A DNA stretch of 64,000 nt from the human T2T-CHM13v2.0 reference genome, Homo sapiens (GCF_009914755.1 NC_060937.1); one strand, 5' to 3'; shown: positions 36,968 to 51,867, counted from the stretch's first letter. The notes: generated by a model not told the origin, from the sequence alone. Numbers and translations are program-made.

Positions 36968-39855
36968 TACGTACCTTCTACACATAATTTGTTGAGAGTT
37001 TTTATCCTGAAAGGCTTTTGAATTTTGTCAAATACTTTCTCTGCATAGATTGAGATAATTATATGCTTCTTATCCTTCATTCCATTATTGTGGTGGATCA
37101 CATTTATTTATTTGTAGACTTGAGCCATCCTTGCATCCCAGGGATAAATCTCACTTGCTGATATTATGGTGCATAATCCTTTTAATGTACTGTTGAACTT
37201 GGTTTTCTAGCATTTTGTTCTCGATTTCTGCTTCTGTGTTCATAAAAGATACTGACTTGTAATTTTCTTTTCTTGTAGTATCCTCATCTGGCTTTGGTAT
37301 CAGGAAAATGAGTAGAATGAGCTTGGAAGTTTTCCCTTCTCTTCAATTTCTTTGGAAGCGTTTTAGAGGATAGGTGTTAATTCTTCTTTAGGTCTTCGGT
37401 AGAATTCACCAGTGAAGTCATCTGGTCTCGGGCTTTTCCTTTTGGGAGAGTCTTTAAAAAATTACTGATTTAATCTCTTTACTTCTTATTGATCTATTCA
37501 GATTTTCTGCTTCTTCATGGTTCAATCTTGGTAGGTTATACGTTTTTAAGAATGTATCCATTTTGTCTAGGTTATCCAATTTGTATATGTATAATTCTTA
37601 ATAGTAATCTCTTATTATCCTTTGTGTTTCTGTGGTAACAATTGGAATGTCTCCTCTTTCATTTATAATTTTATTTATTTGAGCCATCTCTTTTTTCCCT
37701 AGTCTAGCTAAAGGTTTATTGATTTTGTTTATCTTTTAAAAAGACAACTAGTTTTGTTTATTTTTTAAAGTCTCTATTTCATTTATTTCTGCTCTAATCT
37801 TTATTGTCTTTTTCCTTCTAATGTTGGGCTTTGTTCTTTTTTCTTGAGATATAATGTTAGATTGTTCATTTGAGATCTTGTCATTTATCTTATCTAGGCC
37901 TTTATTGCTCTAAATTTCCTTGTTAGAATGACTTTTCTTGCATCCCATAAGTTTTGGTATGTTTTATTTTTATTTTCATTTATCTCAAGATATTTTTTGA
38001 TTTCCCTTTTTAGTTTTTCTTTGACCCATTATTTGGTTGTTCCGGAGTGTGTTGCTTAATTTCTATATATTTGTGAATTATCCAATTTTCCTCCTGTTAT
38101 TCTAGTTTCATACCATTGTGGTCAAGTAAAAGATACTTGTTATAATTTTCATCTTCTTAATATTGTTAAGACTGGTTTTTAGTATATAATCTATCCCAGG
38201 GAATGTTCCATGTGTGCTTGAGAATATATATTCTACTGCTATTGGATGTAATGTTTCATGTATGTCTGGTCAGTCCATTTGGCATATAGTGTTATTCAAG
38301 TCTGTAGTTTTCTTATTAATTTTGTGTCTGGAAAGTGGGCTATTGAGGTCTCCTACTATGATTGTATTGCTGTGTATTTATTTCTTCAGTTATATCTGCT
38401 TTATAATATTTAAGTGGTTTGAGGTTGGGTACATGTATATTTACAATTGATGTATTCTCTTGATGAATTGACCCCATTGCCTTTATATAATGACCTTCTT
38501 TGTTTCTTGTGACAGTTGCATTTGAAGAAGGAGTCATTTCCTCTAGTCTTTACTGATTGGCTTCAGGAGACAAAGATCTTCACCCATGAGCCCACCTGGC
38601 AATTCTTGGGGTCTCTTCGACCTTTTCTATGGATTCCCTCTCTCCATGCCTCCTGTTCCCTCCAATGGAGCAAGTCTTAGGATTGTTGTGCCTTCCCCCA
38701 TTTTGCAGTCAGGTCTTGTGCTGAGAACCTCCAATTTATTTAGTCTAGGGCAGTGCCTTGAAGTGTTTCAGTGTTCTGGTTTCTCCCAATCCATCAAAGT
38801 TGAGCCAGTTGCTCAGATACGCACTTTTGTTGAGATCCGTGTGCTGTTTGTTGGAGTGATATAATTTGGATATTTGTCCCCACCCAAATCTCTTGTTGAA
38901 ATGTAATCCCCAGCATTGGAGGTGGGGCCTGTTGGGAGGTGTTTGGGTCATGGGGATGGATCCCTCCTGGCTTGGCGCTGCCCTCACAATACTGAGTTTT
39001 TGCAAGATCTGGTTGTTGTAAAGTGTGGCACCCCACCCCCAACTCTCCCTTGCTCCTGCTTCACCTTCTGACATGAGTCAAAGCTCCCTGAGGCCTCTCC
39101 AGAAGTCAAGCAGATGCTGGCACTATGTTTCCTCTGCAGCCTGCAGAACCATGAGCTAATTAAACCTCTTTTCTTTATATTAAATAAATTACCCAGTCTC
39201 AGGTATTTCTTTATAACAACGCAAGAACGACCTAATACAGGGAGCTCATGTGAATCGTGCTCAGAGACATGTGAGGTATTGCCCATTGGGACCACACAGG
39301 GTGCTAGGGTATGTGTTGGCTGGTTGAGAAGGTTCTCAGGTGAGTCATCCTGTGGGCTTCATGGGTGGGCCTCTTGGTGGAGTTTGTGAGCCAGTTAGTA
39401 GAATCTGCAGTTGGCTGTTGAGAACTGCAGGCCAGTTGCTGTGTGCTCCTTCCCCTACCCCTTGCTCCTAGATGTCCCCAGGTGATTCCGCTGTGCTGAC
39501 TCCTTCAGTTCTAGGTGAGGTGCAACATAAGTGGACCTCTTGGGTGGCATCCTGCAATGCTGGGAAAGTGGGGCTCTCACTTTTCCCCATGGAAGAAATC
39601 ATGGGCCAAGGGGGCCTTTCGTACTTAGCTGTGCCACTTTGGAAAGGGATGACACAAGTGAAGTGGCTGCTGTCCTTACTCTCTGCCATATATCCACTCC
39701 CGATTTTTTTGCATCATTGGTATGCTGGATACTCAACTAGACTTCAGGGCTCCCACAAAGTACTCTCATCCATGAGTGGTCACCAAAATCAGTATTTCTC
39801 TGGAGAGATGAGAGCTGGGGCCTCATATTCCACCGTCTCACTGATGTCATGCCTC
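36968..39855 (-). mobile_element. Old L1M: 5' region plus ORF2 EN-to-RT fragment, split by MSTB
   Basis: Peptides NKEGHYIKAMGSIHQENTSIVNIHVPN (EN) and [38 protein letters not shown] (RT); frames disrupted; extent of 5' region approximate. Confidence 0.85.
38857..39239 (+). mobile_element. MSTB solo LTR
   Basis: TGATATAATTTGGATATTTGTCCCC...AAGCTCCCTGAGGCCTCTCCAGAAG...CAGCCTGCAGAACCATGAGC...CTAATACA; TSD TGGAG/GGGAG. Confidence 0.9.
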
Positions 39856-40274
39856 AGTTACCTTCTCATTTTTCTTTTCACTCAAAATTCCTTTCCTTCC
39901 CCCTGGCAGCAGACAGTGGCACTAGTGAATAAATTATTTTCTTTCTAGGTATTAAATAGCTACCATTTATTTACTCGTCTGCATCCAGATCAAAATGAAT
40001 ATAGTATTGCTGTTGGTATATGTGTCCATGTCCCTAATATCATGGGCTTTTCTATGATGGGGCTCCATTAATTTATCTTGTCATTCTTATTCTCTAAGGC
40101 AAGACTTTGCAAAAAGAAGGCATTGCATACTGAAAAAGATTGACCATTTTTTCTTTATTGTTTTAATTACCAAAGAAATATGTGCTTATTACTGAAATTT
40201 CAAACATGGCATAAATGTAGAAAGTGAAAAGGGTAAGTATTATCCTTAATTCCAATATTTGGAGTACAGCCTTA

Positions 40275-40658
<384 letters not shown>

Positions 40659-40707
<49 letters not shown>
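40659..40707. repeat. (TA)20(CA)4 microsatellite
   Basis: Counted directly; abuts Alu poly(A). Confidence 0.95.
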
Positions 40708-42559
40708 TTTTTTCTTTTCACACTTACATAGTGGACATCCCTGCTTATCAGTGCCTGGTGATCCACCTTATTTCCCAAAAGCCTGGCCCTTTACAAAGAC
40801 AATTTGTAGCTTATTTTCACAGTTCCTGCTGGAAGAGCTCAGTTGGAATCAGCCAAAGAAAGTGATGTCATTTCAGGTTTCTAAGGTATGAAGATATGGA
40901 AAACTCAAAGGGAAGGACAGACTCCAGAGAGAAGCTCAGAAACTGTCTAGCTTAGCAAAACCAAAGAAAGTAGCCTTTTTGCCTAAAAGGAAAAATTTTG
41001 CTTTATAAGAAGTAACTTCAAGTTGTTCCAGAAAAGAGAAGGTTGTATGTTCTGAAAACCCAAAGAAAAAAGCTGACTAGCATGATTTTTGACCTTGTGG
41101 CTTTCTCCATAGCAGTGAATAGAAAGCCAATAATCTGTGAGAATTTTAAGTGGATTTCAGCTGTTTAAAAACCATTTGTAAAATGAACGCGTCAGAGTAA
41201 ATGGTGAAAGTTAGGTTAGAAAAGATATTCCATTTTTCTTACTTTTGGAAATATACTTAACTTTTCAGAACCTTTTCAAAATTTATTCAACAAGTAATTA
41301 GTATCTGTTACCTAGCTGGAACAAGGTTAGGCATTGGAGACTCAGAGATAAGCATCTCCATCCACAGGGAGTTATCTTCTAAGTTAGGGCTGTGGGACGT
41401 CCCCTATCTGCTACAGGCTTACTGTGACAGCAAACAGTTTTTATGTTATCCTATTTTATTGCATGATGTCTTCCTGCAAACAAGGATAGCAGTCATATAC
41501 AAAAGCTGAGTTTCAGGTTAATAGCAAGAAGTCAAGAAGAGACAATCCCACAGAAGTGAAAACATTATCAAATTTCTAATTATAGTATCAAGTATATTAT
41601 ATAGGCCTAGATTTTCTAAACTTTACAATGTATATATTTGTCTAATACACTAAAAAATATATTAAGAATTAAGACCATGCGATTTAAATTCATTTACAAA
41701 TTTTTTTCCCATCTAAAATTCTAGGGCTCTCAACTTCACAGAATTTTAGAAGATAGAAGATATGTATTTTAACATTGGGGCAGGCCTTCTGGTTGTGATT
41801 TTTTAGGAGATTCAGCAGGCAATTAGGTTGTGGACTTTCATGGAGACTTACCAACTTCCATATAAAACTTGCTGAAAGAGTGCTAAAACTAGCCTTTGTC
41901 TTCTCTTCATAAGAAGTCTGTAGAAAACTTTATCCATATGAACAGCTCTAGTGATTTCCAAGTTTCTCTTTGTATCTGAATCACTTCAGTGCTTCTCTGA
42001 TTTTGATTCTGAGTTCACAATTTTACAGATCTCTCCATTTTTGCTACACCTGCACCTCAAATTGAAGGCACAATGTTTGACCCTAGTTCTGTCATTTATG
42101 TATGTCATTAAATAATTACCGTTTCCTTCACAAATAAACTCACCATTAAACAACTGATGTCCCATGAGCTTTTGATGTCTTGCTTTTGCCATGCTTAATG
42201 ATAGCATGCATTTCTTAAGTTATATTAGCACTGACATTAGCATTTTTATTTTTCTGTCTTCTAATCTGCTTCATAAAACAGAAAAGATCAGCGAAATATT
42301 CAAATACTTACACAAATGTTATTGTATAGACGATGGTAGTGCCGTCATGCCATAGTGTATGCCATCAGGTGATATATGGTCACTGCAATTGGTACTAGAA
42401 GGAAATGGAGTTTCACCATATAATAAGTGAAAGTAAAGGTTGTATGAAATGTGAGTACCTTGTCACATGTATTGAAACATTCCATCATCTCAAAAGTGTG
42501 GCGAGGGTGGGAACTACACGTTCCATTTTATTTCAACAGTGTCCGATTTATTAATTTAC

Positions 42560-42705
42560 TTGATCAGTGCTACAGTAACCTTCAAGCCTCAGTTTTACTC
42601 TTTTTCTTTAAAGAGGATATTGATTCCTATCTACAGGGTTGTTGTGAAGATTAAATCATGTGCTTACAGGGTTTAGTATAGTTCTGGCTGTGTGGTAGGG
42701 ATCAG
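42560..42705 (+). mobile_element. MIR fragment
   Basis: AAGCCTCAGTTTTACTC...CCTATCTACAGGGTTGTTGTGAAGATTAAAT. Confidence 0.75.
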
Positions 42706-43004
42706 GAAGGCAGCTTCAGCCTCTTCTCAGCCAGCTGGTAGTACATGCCTGGAGAGCAGAGACCACTTTTTCATGCCTTTACAGGGCTTTGCACAAGTTG
42801 TTGCATAGTTAATAAGTATTTTTTATTTGTTAGATTTTCTCTGATTAGAATGATTTAGTAGTAGAGCTGAATTTTAGATGAAGAGTCGTAAGGCAAAGGT
42901 GGTAAATTTAGAGATCTTTAGATGAGCTGTGCATGGTCATCTGCAGAGATAATTCTCTCCTGGATGTATTAAGAGTTACAACCAACCCTTGGTTGTCCAT
43001 GGTG

Positions 43005-43138
43005 AGAATTGCAGCATATTTTATCATCCAAACCAGTATCGTTTTGAGAGTGAAAGAGTGTGCTATAAATATTTACGTCGGGACAACAGGAGGAATCTTG
43101 AATGGTCCTAGGCAACCAGGGGATATATGGTCTCTCTA
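43005..43138 (+). mobile_element. MER94 (hAT-Blackjack)
   Basis: TTTATCATCCAAACCAG...TTTTGAGAGTGAAAG...TTACGTCGGGACAACAGG...TATGGTCTCTCTA. Confidence 0.8.
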
Positions 43139-43621
43139 TTTGTGGTTGATGTGCTTCATTTGGGATCTGGTTTAACATTTCAGCTGGAGCATTTCTCAAA
43201 AGGACTTCCTGTTTCTGTTGAATTAATATCATAACTGCATTCTAAGGATGAGTGGACTTATTTCTGAGGATGGCCTTTCTCAGAAGCTTTAGAGATTCTT
43301 CCAAAGGCAGGAGTTTCGCCCCTTCACTGTACTTAATAGTGCCAGTACTTAATGGTACCAGGACCTTGAGATTAATGGGTTTAACAAGAGACTAGAGGAT
43401 TTTCCTTCCTAATCCTACTACGCTGGCCTCAGAAGAGTCTTTGCCATCTATCTACTGTGCATCTGCAGGAAAAGTTTAATTCCAGTCAAGTAATAACACC
43501 TGTAATACAGAGCTCTGTGATTCAAAGTCAAAGATTATTTATAGATTATTTGCATCTTTCCAATTATCCATGCTGATACTCCTATCCAAGGTTGTTATAG
43601 GGATTATCATATTTATCTGAG

Positions 43622-43860
43622 AGGCAGCCTACCTGGAAATTTGAACAAAGACTAGTGCCAAACTGTTTGGGTTTGAAACCTTGCTTTACCCACTTATCAA
43701 TTTTGGGACCCTTGACAAGTTACTTAATTTTTTCAATTTCTTCATTAATAATATAATAATAGTAGCTACTTCATAACATTGTTGTTAATTCATTTATAAA
43801 TTAACATTTTTAAAATGCTCATTACAGTGCATACTACTTAGCAAGAAGCATATACATATT
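43622..43860 (+). mobile_element. MIR SINE
   Basis: TGGGTTTGAAACCTTGCTTTACC...GACCCTTGACAAGTTACTTAAT. Confidence 0.7.
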
Positions 43861-44607
43861 TCTAAGTAAAAGTATAAATAAAGCTTCTACATATAATCAG
43901 GTACTGATGACATTAGGTTTGAAATGCTTGCAGACATAAACATGGGAATAAAGGAAAGAATAAAATAAAAGTGAGTGCTGTAGACAGCACAGAGTATTAG
44001 AGAGAAGAAGAACAGTAGGAAATACATTCCACAGGAGATTTTAAGATAGAAATCTTTGTGTTACAAGAGCTGATATTTCATTGGGTATAATGAACCCAAA
44101 AGACAAACGTCATTTTTTCCTTTGCTTTATTCTTTGAGTGCAATTGAATTTTGCAGGGATGCCAGTGCAGTTATTTTACTGTTGTTACTATTGTCATCAC
44201 TGTCATCAATATTTTAATCATTGTCATAAAATATTAAATTCCACTGGACTTGATGGCAGTTCAGTACATCAGTTAAATCCAGTGGTCCAGCCTCAGGACT
44301 TAGAAGTTCTGAAGTGGTAGTTCTTTACTGAAGTCTGGATGAGACCGAAGTGGATTTAGTATGTCTATTGTTGAGTCCTTTAAATGAAACAGGAAAATGG
44401 AAACATTCATAGAACTGACAGCACAGTTTCTGGCAATGACTGCTTCTAAATCCTGGATAATATGATCTCCGAATCACTTCTACAGGATGATCTGAGCAAG
44501 GTCATCTTATTGTCTAGTTTCTAGTTCTCATGTCAGATGTTCAAAACAACAACAACAACAACAAAAACCCCAAGAAGTCTGAACATTAGAAAAACACAAA
44601 GAAACAG

Positions 44608-44795
44608 AGGAAAGGCTTTTGGGCTTTGGAATTAGGTAGAATTGTATTAAAATTCTGGCTGTGGGATTAATTGTATGAGCCCCAATTGTTTGTTGAACTC
44701 TCTGAGCTTGTCTATGAAATGGGATTGGCAGCCCCTCATACAGTCAGAGTAAAGATTAAACAAGATCATGTTTGTCAGAGCAATGGGCACTTAGG
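44608..44795 (+). mobile_element. MIR SINE
   Basis: GGGCTTTGGAATTAGGTAGA...AACTCTCTGAGCTTGTCTATGAAATGGG. Confidence 0.65.
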
Positions 44796-44829
44796 ATAGG
44801 CTCTTTCCTTTTACCTGCCATTCACCAGG

Positions 44830-45690
44830 CTGTTTCTTGGTCATACAGATCAATGCCTTTTTGTTAGTATATCCCCAACATCCAACAGTGTCTGACCTAT
44901 AGTAGATATTGAATGGATATTTATTCATTATCTAATGAATAATGGTCCAACTAAATCCATTCATTCATCATCCATTAATTATTATATGTCAGTTACTATG
45001 CTAAGGACTTGAGAAATAGTGATGAACGTAGCATGATCTCTTCCCTATAGGTGGTTATAGATTAAAAGAGAATTACATGGTAATGAGTGCACTGTAGAGT
45101 CTGTAGAAGGGATTATGGGTGCACAAATGAGGAAGTGTCTCACTCTAACTGGGGAGAGCTTCACAGAAGAAGAGGTATTTGAGCTAAGTCCACCAAGCAG
45201 ATATAGTGAGGGGAAGGATATTCTACACAGAGGGAATTACATATGCAGGAAATTAGGGGAAGGAGAGAGCACATTAACTTGCTGTAAACTGCAAGCACTT
45301 TAGCTTATCTGGAAAGCAGTGTGTGTGTGTGTATGTGTGTGTCTGTGTGTTTGTGTGTCCGTGTATGTGTGCATGGGTGTCCTTGCACTTGTGCACAGGC
45401 TGGAGGACCCGGGGTGAAAACTCAGGTGGTGGCAAATCATGAAAGGCCTTTCAAGACATGATAAGGCACCTAAACCTTATCTTAAAGACATTGGAACCTG
45501 TGGAGGATTTTATGCAAGTACTGACAGGCACAGACCTAGAAAGCTCCCCTGACTGTCATAGGAGATGACTGTGGTCCAGGTGAGAACAAGAGGATGTGGA
45601 AGCACAAAGTGGCTCTGGGAAGAGCAATGGGATAGGTCAAAAATGCTAGGATACAAGAATGACAGGACTTTGGGGCTGATTGGATGTAAA
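44830..45690. mobile_element. Two L2 fragments tail-to-tail (+ 44830-44945, - 44955-45690) with (TG)n at about 45319-45372
   Basis: AACAGTGTCTGACCTATAGTAGATATTGAAT; CATTCATTCATC...GCTTCACAGAAGAAGAGGTATTTGAGCT. Confidence 0.65.
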
Positions 45691-46370
45691 ATCTAGACAA
45701 ATCCAACCCCAGTTTGAGTTGACTCAGCAGCAATTCTTCAATATTTGAAGAGCCGTGGAAAACATTTTGTATTTTCTTGTGATTTTCTAATTTTACTATA
45801 AAGATAGCATTTTAACATGTGAAAGCCACAACCCCAACCTGTCATCTTTTAAATTTTTCTTTGATTCTTTCTGCCTCATGTCTTTATAGACATTTAACTT
45901 CAATCATTGAGTTTTGGATTTTTCTATCCATTTTACCTTCTCCTTTTTCTACCTGTTGTTGTTTAACTGGAAAACAAAATAACTATTGATTAGCATCTCT
46001 GTCAGAGAAAGAGTAGTCACAGATAAAGAGGAGAGGTGAAATTTTTGTTTCTTGTTTATTTGTTCAAATTATATTTCTATTATAAAGTTTAAACTGTTGG
46101 CTGCATTAAACCATGATTTGGGTATGTAGCAATATTTTTCATAAAATATTATTTTCTTGGTGGTGCCCTCACTTGAGTGATGATTATATTGTTTCCTTCT
46201 GAATTCTGTAGAAACACAAAATGAGTCAATAATCAGAGCCTTCTATGTATCTTCTTTTGTTGCTACTGTCAAAAATAATGAAAGCATCCAATACAACTTC
46301 TAAATGTGAATATTCTTCGATATCCTTGCTTGAATCATTTGATCACTACTTTGCAAGGATCCTAGCTTGA

Positions 46371-47114
<744 letters not shown>

Positions 47115-47433
47115 TGGATTTTCTTATAGTTAAGTCTGTTTGCCTCTAACGTTAACCCCCTTTATAATGGGTGACATTCTGGGTTTTCTAGTAAAAGCCA
47201 AATAGGAATCATAAGAACAACAATTCATATATTTGGTCATATTATTTTTTTTATGGGAGACTGTTCAATTGAACAAATTCATTATTTTAAAAAATGTCTT
47301 TGAATTGTATCTTAAAAGTTTTATATTTAGTTTCACAGAAATTCATTAGTAAATACCAGTAAGTTTTAATAACATATAATAGGAACTGATTGTTTAATGG
47401 TTGTAAAGCTAATATAAACAATTTAAAGTCATG

Positions 47434-47518
47434 AATATATATATATATCCCTAAAAATATATATATACACATATATATGTGAATGATTTTATATATATAT
47501 GTATATATGTATATACAT
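47434..47518. repeat. Interrupted (TA)n low complexity
   Basis: Directly visible. Confidence 0.85.
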
Positions 47519-47714
47519 AATGTAGTAATGATAGGCTTGAAGTGGTTGGGGCTAAAGTTGGATATAGAGAGTACCAATTGTAAAAGGGCATATGGAACTG
47601 TGAATGAAAAAGGAAATTGATTGCACACTGCTGCTTTTAAAATGTTAGTAAACATCCTTGATGATAGATTTTATTTTCAGTATTAAATATGCAAAAATAC
47701 AAGACTATAGTGGA

Positions 47715-47890
47715 TCTGTAGCAGAGGGCCAGAAGATGGCCTGGTGAAATGGAGAAAACAGAGGAAACTGCTTTTCCTCAGCTCTGGCAGCTGAACGATT
47801 TTGCATGAGTCACTCAATCTGTTTAGGCCTACCTTTCTTATACAGAAAGTCAGGAAACTGAAACAGTTGAACTTTAGAGTCTTTAAAATG
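47715..47890 (+). mobile_element. MIR3-like fragment
   Basis: CTCAGCTCTGGCAGC...ATGAGTCACTCAATCTGTTTAGGCCTAC. Confidence 0.55.
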
Positions 47891-49061
47891 CTATTCTCCA
47901 AAGTGTGGCAATTGGTGTAAAGATAGAATGTGTAGAGGCTGTGGCTCTGTAGAGAATATGGTCCCTGTTTTATTTTTTAAATTGTTTGGTTTCTGACATT
48001 GAAATATGAAGATAAAGGTATTTTATGGTTCCAGACTAATCCATTTCAGCCTAGTGTGGTCAGTGTGTTTGGAATCTACAAGAACACAGGTAACCTGAAC
48101 CAAGGCTCTTATGGAAGGAACTGAGAGAAGGATCAACCGCTTTTGTAGAGGTACAATAAGAACCCTAGAATCATCTTAGAAAGTAAATGTGTATTACCAT
48201 GACAGTGAGATGATTTATCCCTGTGGTGTTTATCTGGGATGAATGAAGGTTATCAGAATGGTGCATCACGACTGTCATTCAAAATGTCTCAAAAGTAAGA
48301 TATCAACATCATCACAACTAGGTATCTTTATCCCCAGGAAATTAAGAAGGGCCATTTAACTCTCTGACTCTAAATAAATAAGAGTGAGAGGAAAAAGTTA
48401 TTAGCAGGTGGAAAATGTAAAGAAAAATAGAAATAGAAGGCAAACGTTTTCTATGTTTAAAAGACTGTTAGGGCCCAGGGACCTCTTGTCTAGTCTGGAG
48501 TTGTTGGTTGAGCTTTAAGACAGAAGCATTAAAGTGGGAAAGTCTGAAATCCCTGAAGAGTCTGGGTGGATATTTCTGTCTTCTGTGACGTATGTGTCTG
48601 AGGATAGCATGTGTCTTTTTGGGGAAAAATCAAGAAAATTATGACCAAGCCTAGATTGTAATTGTTCCTTTACATAGTACCTTTTAAAGTTTTTGACTTG
48701 ATGAAATGAAAAATCAGACAGTAAAAAATACAAAAGTAAGATTATCTGTGAACAGTTTTTAAGAGTTACATGGTCAGTTTTGTGTCCGTCTACCCATTCT
48801 GGGTTTACCAGAGCAGAAATTAGTCCTTATTCAGCTAACCTGACTGTTGTACTCATGCATCAACCAGAGAGCTGGGAAAGTTCCTTTCTCTTTAGCTTTC
48901 AAGAAAGGATGTCTCTTAAAAGAACAAGAACTAATCAGAAGTGACATCTGCAATTAAGTCAAAATAGGGCATACGATATTATCAGATACGAGTATAGAAA
49001 GTTTTTTTTATTTTGTGTGACTTCCCTGAATTTATTTATATTATTAAGTATGAGTACTTAA

Positions 49062-49538
49062 CTGTGTTTCTTAACTTGTTTTATACCTCAGACGTATTTG
49101 TTCATCTGTGGTAGCTTATGTATGACCTCTCAGAATAATGTTTTCTTAAGTGCATAAAATAAAATACATAGGATTACAATAGAAACCACGTATATTGAAG
49201 TATTGTTTTTAAAGTTTTACAAAACAAAAATTTGAAATTAGGTAGATGTCTTAGGTACCATGATTTTGAAGTAATGATGAATATAGTTACTCTTGCAAAA
49301 TAGCTGTTAAAACCTCATGTGATGTGAAAATATATGTGAATTCTACTGGTGACAGTCACAAGTTTGGCTAATACTATGGTGACATGTCACTTATCTTTAT
49401 AATTCAAGGAAACTTAAATTTCCACTGGAGGTAGAGAAAATAAAGTTTCAATATAGTTTTCTATCCAAACAAATGGACTCCCTAAGTTCTACTCTTGATC
49501 CCTTTGAGAGTTCAAGGAGCCCAGGTTGAGAACCATTC
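49062..49538. mobile_element. hAT-Charlie non-autonomous element (Charlie4a-like)
   Basis: CTCTCAGAATAATGTTTT...GCATAAAATAAAATACATAGGATTACAA...TTCTACTGGTGACAGTCACA...CCCAGGTTGAGAACC. Confidence 0.75.
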
Positions 49539-51358
49539 ACTTAGGAAGTTTTTCCAGTCCGTATTCTACAGTTGACTTAACTTTCACAGAAGAAGGGAAA
49601 ATACATGTGAGCACCCACATTAATATAAGAAATGGAAAATAAATGAATCATAATATTTATTATAATTAGAATACTGGATCTAATTGAAAATAATGATGTG
49701 TTTGGGAATACCTTTCTGGCCCTAGCTTTCTCCTTAAGACATAAGAATATCAATATTGTTTGGGTGGAAAATTATTCAAGAAATGTGAACAAATTTTCAG
49801 AAAATGAGGATATTTTTAGTGCCCATGATACATAGTTCTTAAGTATTTAATGAATCACAAAAGATTTAGTATAGATTATAGATAGCGGAAGCCAAGATTC
49901 AGACATTTATTACCTGGAGTAGACCATTGGCTTACAAAAGACAGATATGGACAAGAACAGAGCAGCCACTGACCTAGGTCCAGATCTGGATGTTCCACTC
50001 TGATTTACAGTGTTTTCTTGATTAACAAATCCCTGGGAGGGTTGGGTAGGGGAGGAGACAGGTTTTTTATGACAGTTATTGAGGGGTGAGGGAATTTGCT
50101 GCAATGGCAGCCACATGCCTGTTCTCAAAATGGAGCCTGGCCTCCTGGGTTGTGGGGACCACTCTCTGGCCCACCTTCCAGGGCTAGGAGCCAGCCAGGG
50201 TGAGGGATTCACCTCTATACTCCTTCCCACTCCTAGGTATATAAGAATGTTGGAGAATTAATGGCTTCATCTGGATGAACATCATGCCTGGAAAACAAAC
50301 TCATGCCTATGATTTTTTTTTTCTGTTTTAATCTCAGATAATGCAGTTTCTTATAGCAAAGAATGCTGCGAATGCATCTTCCATGTTTATGCAGGTATCA
50401 CTATGCCTCCCTGGACTGGCTGTGCAAATACCAGAAGAGGTACTGAAGTGAGGTAATGGGTGAGATCTCCAGAATAAAGATTACAGAGGGACTGTGCCTT
50501 CTGTTCACATAGAGCCATTTTTAACTAGCTTTCACTGAAAGGGGCTCCAGAGCCTGTAAAACCAAGTGCCAACTTCTCCCTTGCTGCAGAAAACCCTGAT
50601 TTCTAGGAAAGTGTTTTGGCTGGCCCTGGCTTGTCCATACTTGGGAGGCAATTCACACAGCCCGTGGACCATAGCAAATTAGATTGCTTGTATTTCTGGT
50701 ACTACCAAATAATGAACAACCTGGTCTCTCTTTAAAGTTGTTCTGTCTATAAAGTGGAGCCTGGCCCTCATGAATGGCTGAAAACAAAGTATCTAATCAA
50801 CTCTGAGCATAAACGTATGTAACTTCTATTCAAGCCCTTTTCCCAGTTTTATTTTACAGTGCAGGGAAGTGAACTCTGGGGATCTGGGGAGATGAGAGGT
50901 TTTGCAGCTCTCCAAAGCAATCCAGTGTCACCATGGGTTATTTCTAAATGGCAAAGGTATAAGGCTTGGTTTGTACAGCCTTTTTAAAAATTATTTGCCA
51001 GTGTTATAAGTTGACATTTCAAAATGCTGAAATTTGAAAATAACTTTTTAAAAGTTCTAATTAAGCAGTAATAAGTGGAATTGACATTTTCTACCATTCG
51101 CTGAGCAGTTCCCTAGCTAATAACCCCTGTGTATCAAATTCACAACCCAAAGACATTATATAAATATAGAATGACATTGTGGTACTGGGTAGGAAATTGG
51201 GGTCTTAGAGTCCAACTTACTTCCACTCCATTCTTCATACCTCTGCAAAGTGCTATTGATGTTACCCTGCAAAGAAAAAAGGAATTACTCTTTCTTGGAA
51301 ATTTTGAATTGAAATTGACTTTCTTTAAGCAATCTTAATTTAATTAATATGCACACAC

Positions 51359-51653
51359 TTTTTTTTTTCCAGACAGGGTCTTGCCCTCTCACCCAGGCTA
51401 GGTGCAGTTATGTGATCATGGCTCACTGTAGCCTCAAACTCCTGGCTCAAGTGATCCTCCCACCTGAGCCTCACAAGTAGCTGGGACTACAGGCACGTAA
51501 CACCATGCCCAGCTAATTAAAAATTTTCTTTTTTTATAGAGATGGTGTCTCATTATGTTTCCCATGCTGGTCTCAAACTCCTGGACTTAAACAATCCTCC
51601 TGCCTCGGCCTCCCAAAGTGATGGGATTATAGGCATGAGACACCGTGTTTGAT
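51359..51653 (-). mobile_element. AluJ
   Basis: AGACAGGGTCTTG, GATCATGGCTCACTGTAGCCTCAAACTCCTGG. Confidence 0.92.
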
Positions 51654-51867
51654 GAGCACAACACTGTTGACTCTGATTCATTTAGCATCCCTTGTAACAC
51701 TCCAGCTATTTTTTGTAGTGTGAAAAGTAAAAATTCCTATTTTGGAATTTAAGAACTATAGGCACATAGGCTGACCCAAAAGAAGGAAAGCTTTATGATG
51801 GAGTAATTTAGGATTATGATGGAATTGCAGACCCGTGGTGATGCGGGGAGGGGTCAGTGGACAGGAC

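Noticed and set aside
36859-38537. Reverse transcriptase and endonuclease peptides
   Set aside because: Decayed L1 ORF2 fragments with stops and frameshifts, not a novel RT system.
39472-39948. 158-aa ORF
   Set aside because: Lies antisense in the old L1 5' region; no recognisable similarity.
42029-42099. Candidate 71-nt exon
   Set aside because: Weak donor (TAT/GTATGT) and unrecognised peptide.
43329-43360. 16-bp tandem duplication (also 1356-1381 and the AT-rich repeat at 53544-53625)
   Set aside because: Ordinary slippage duplications with no further signal.
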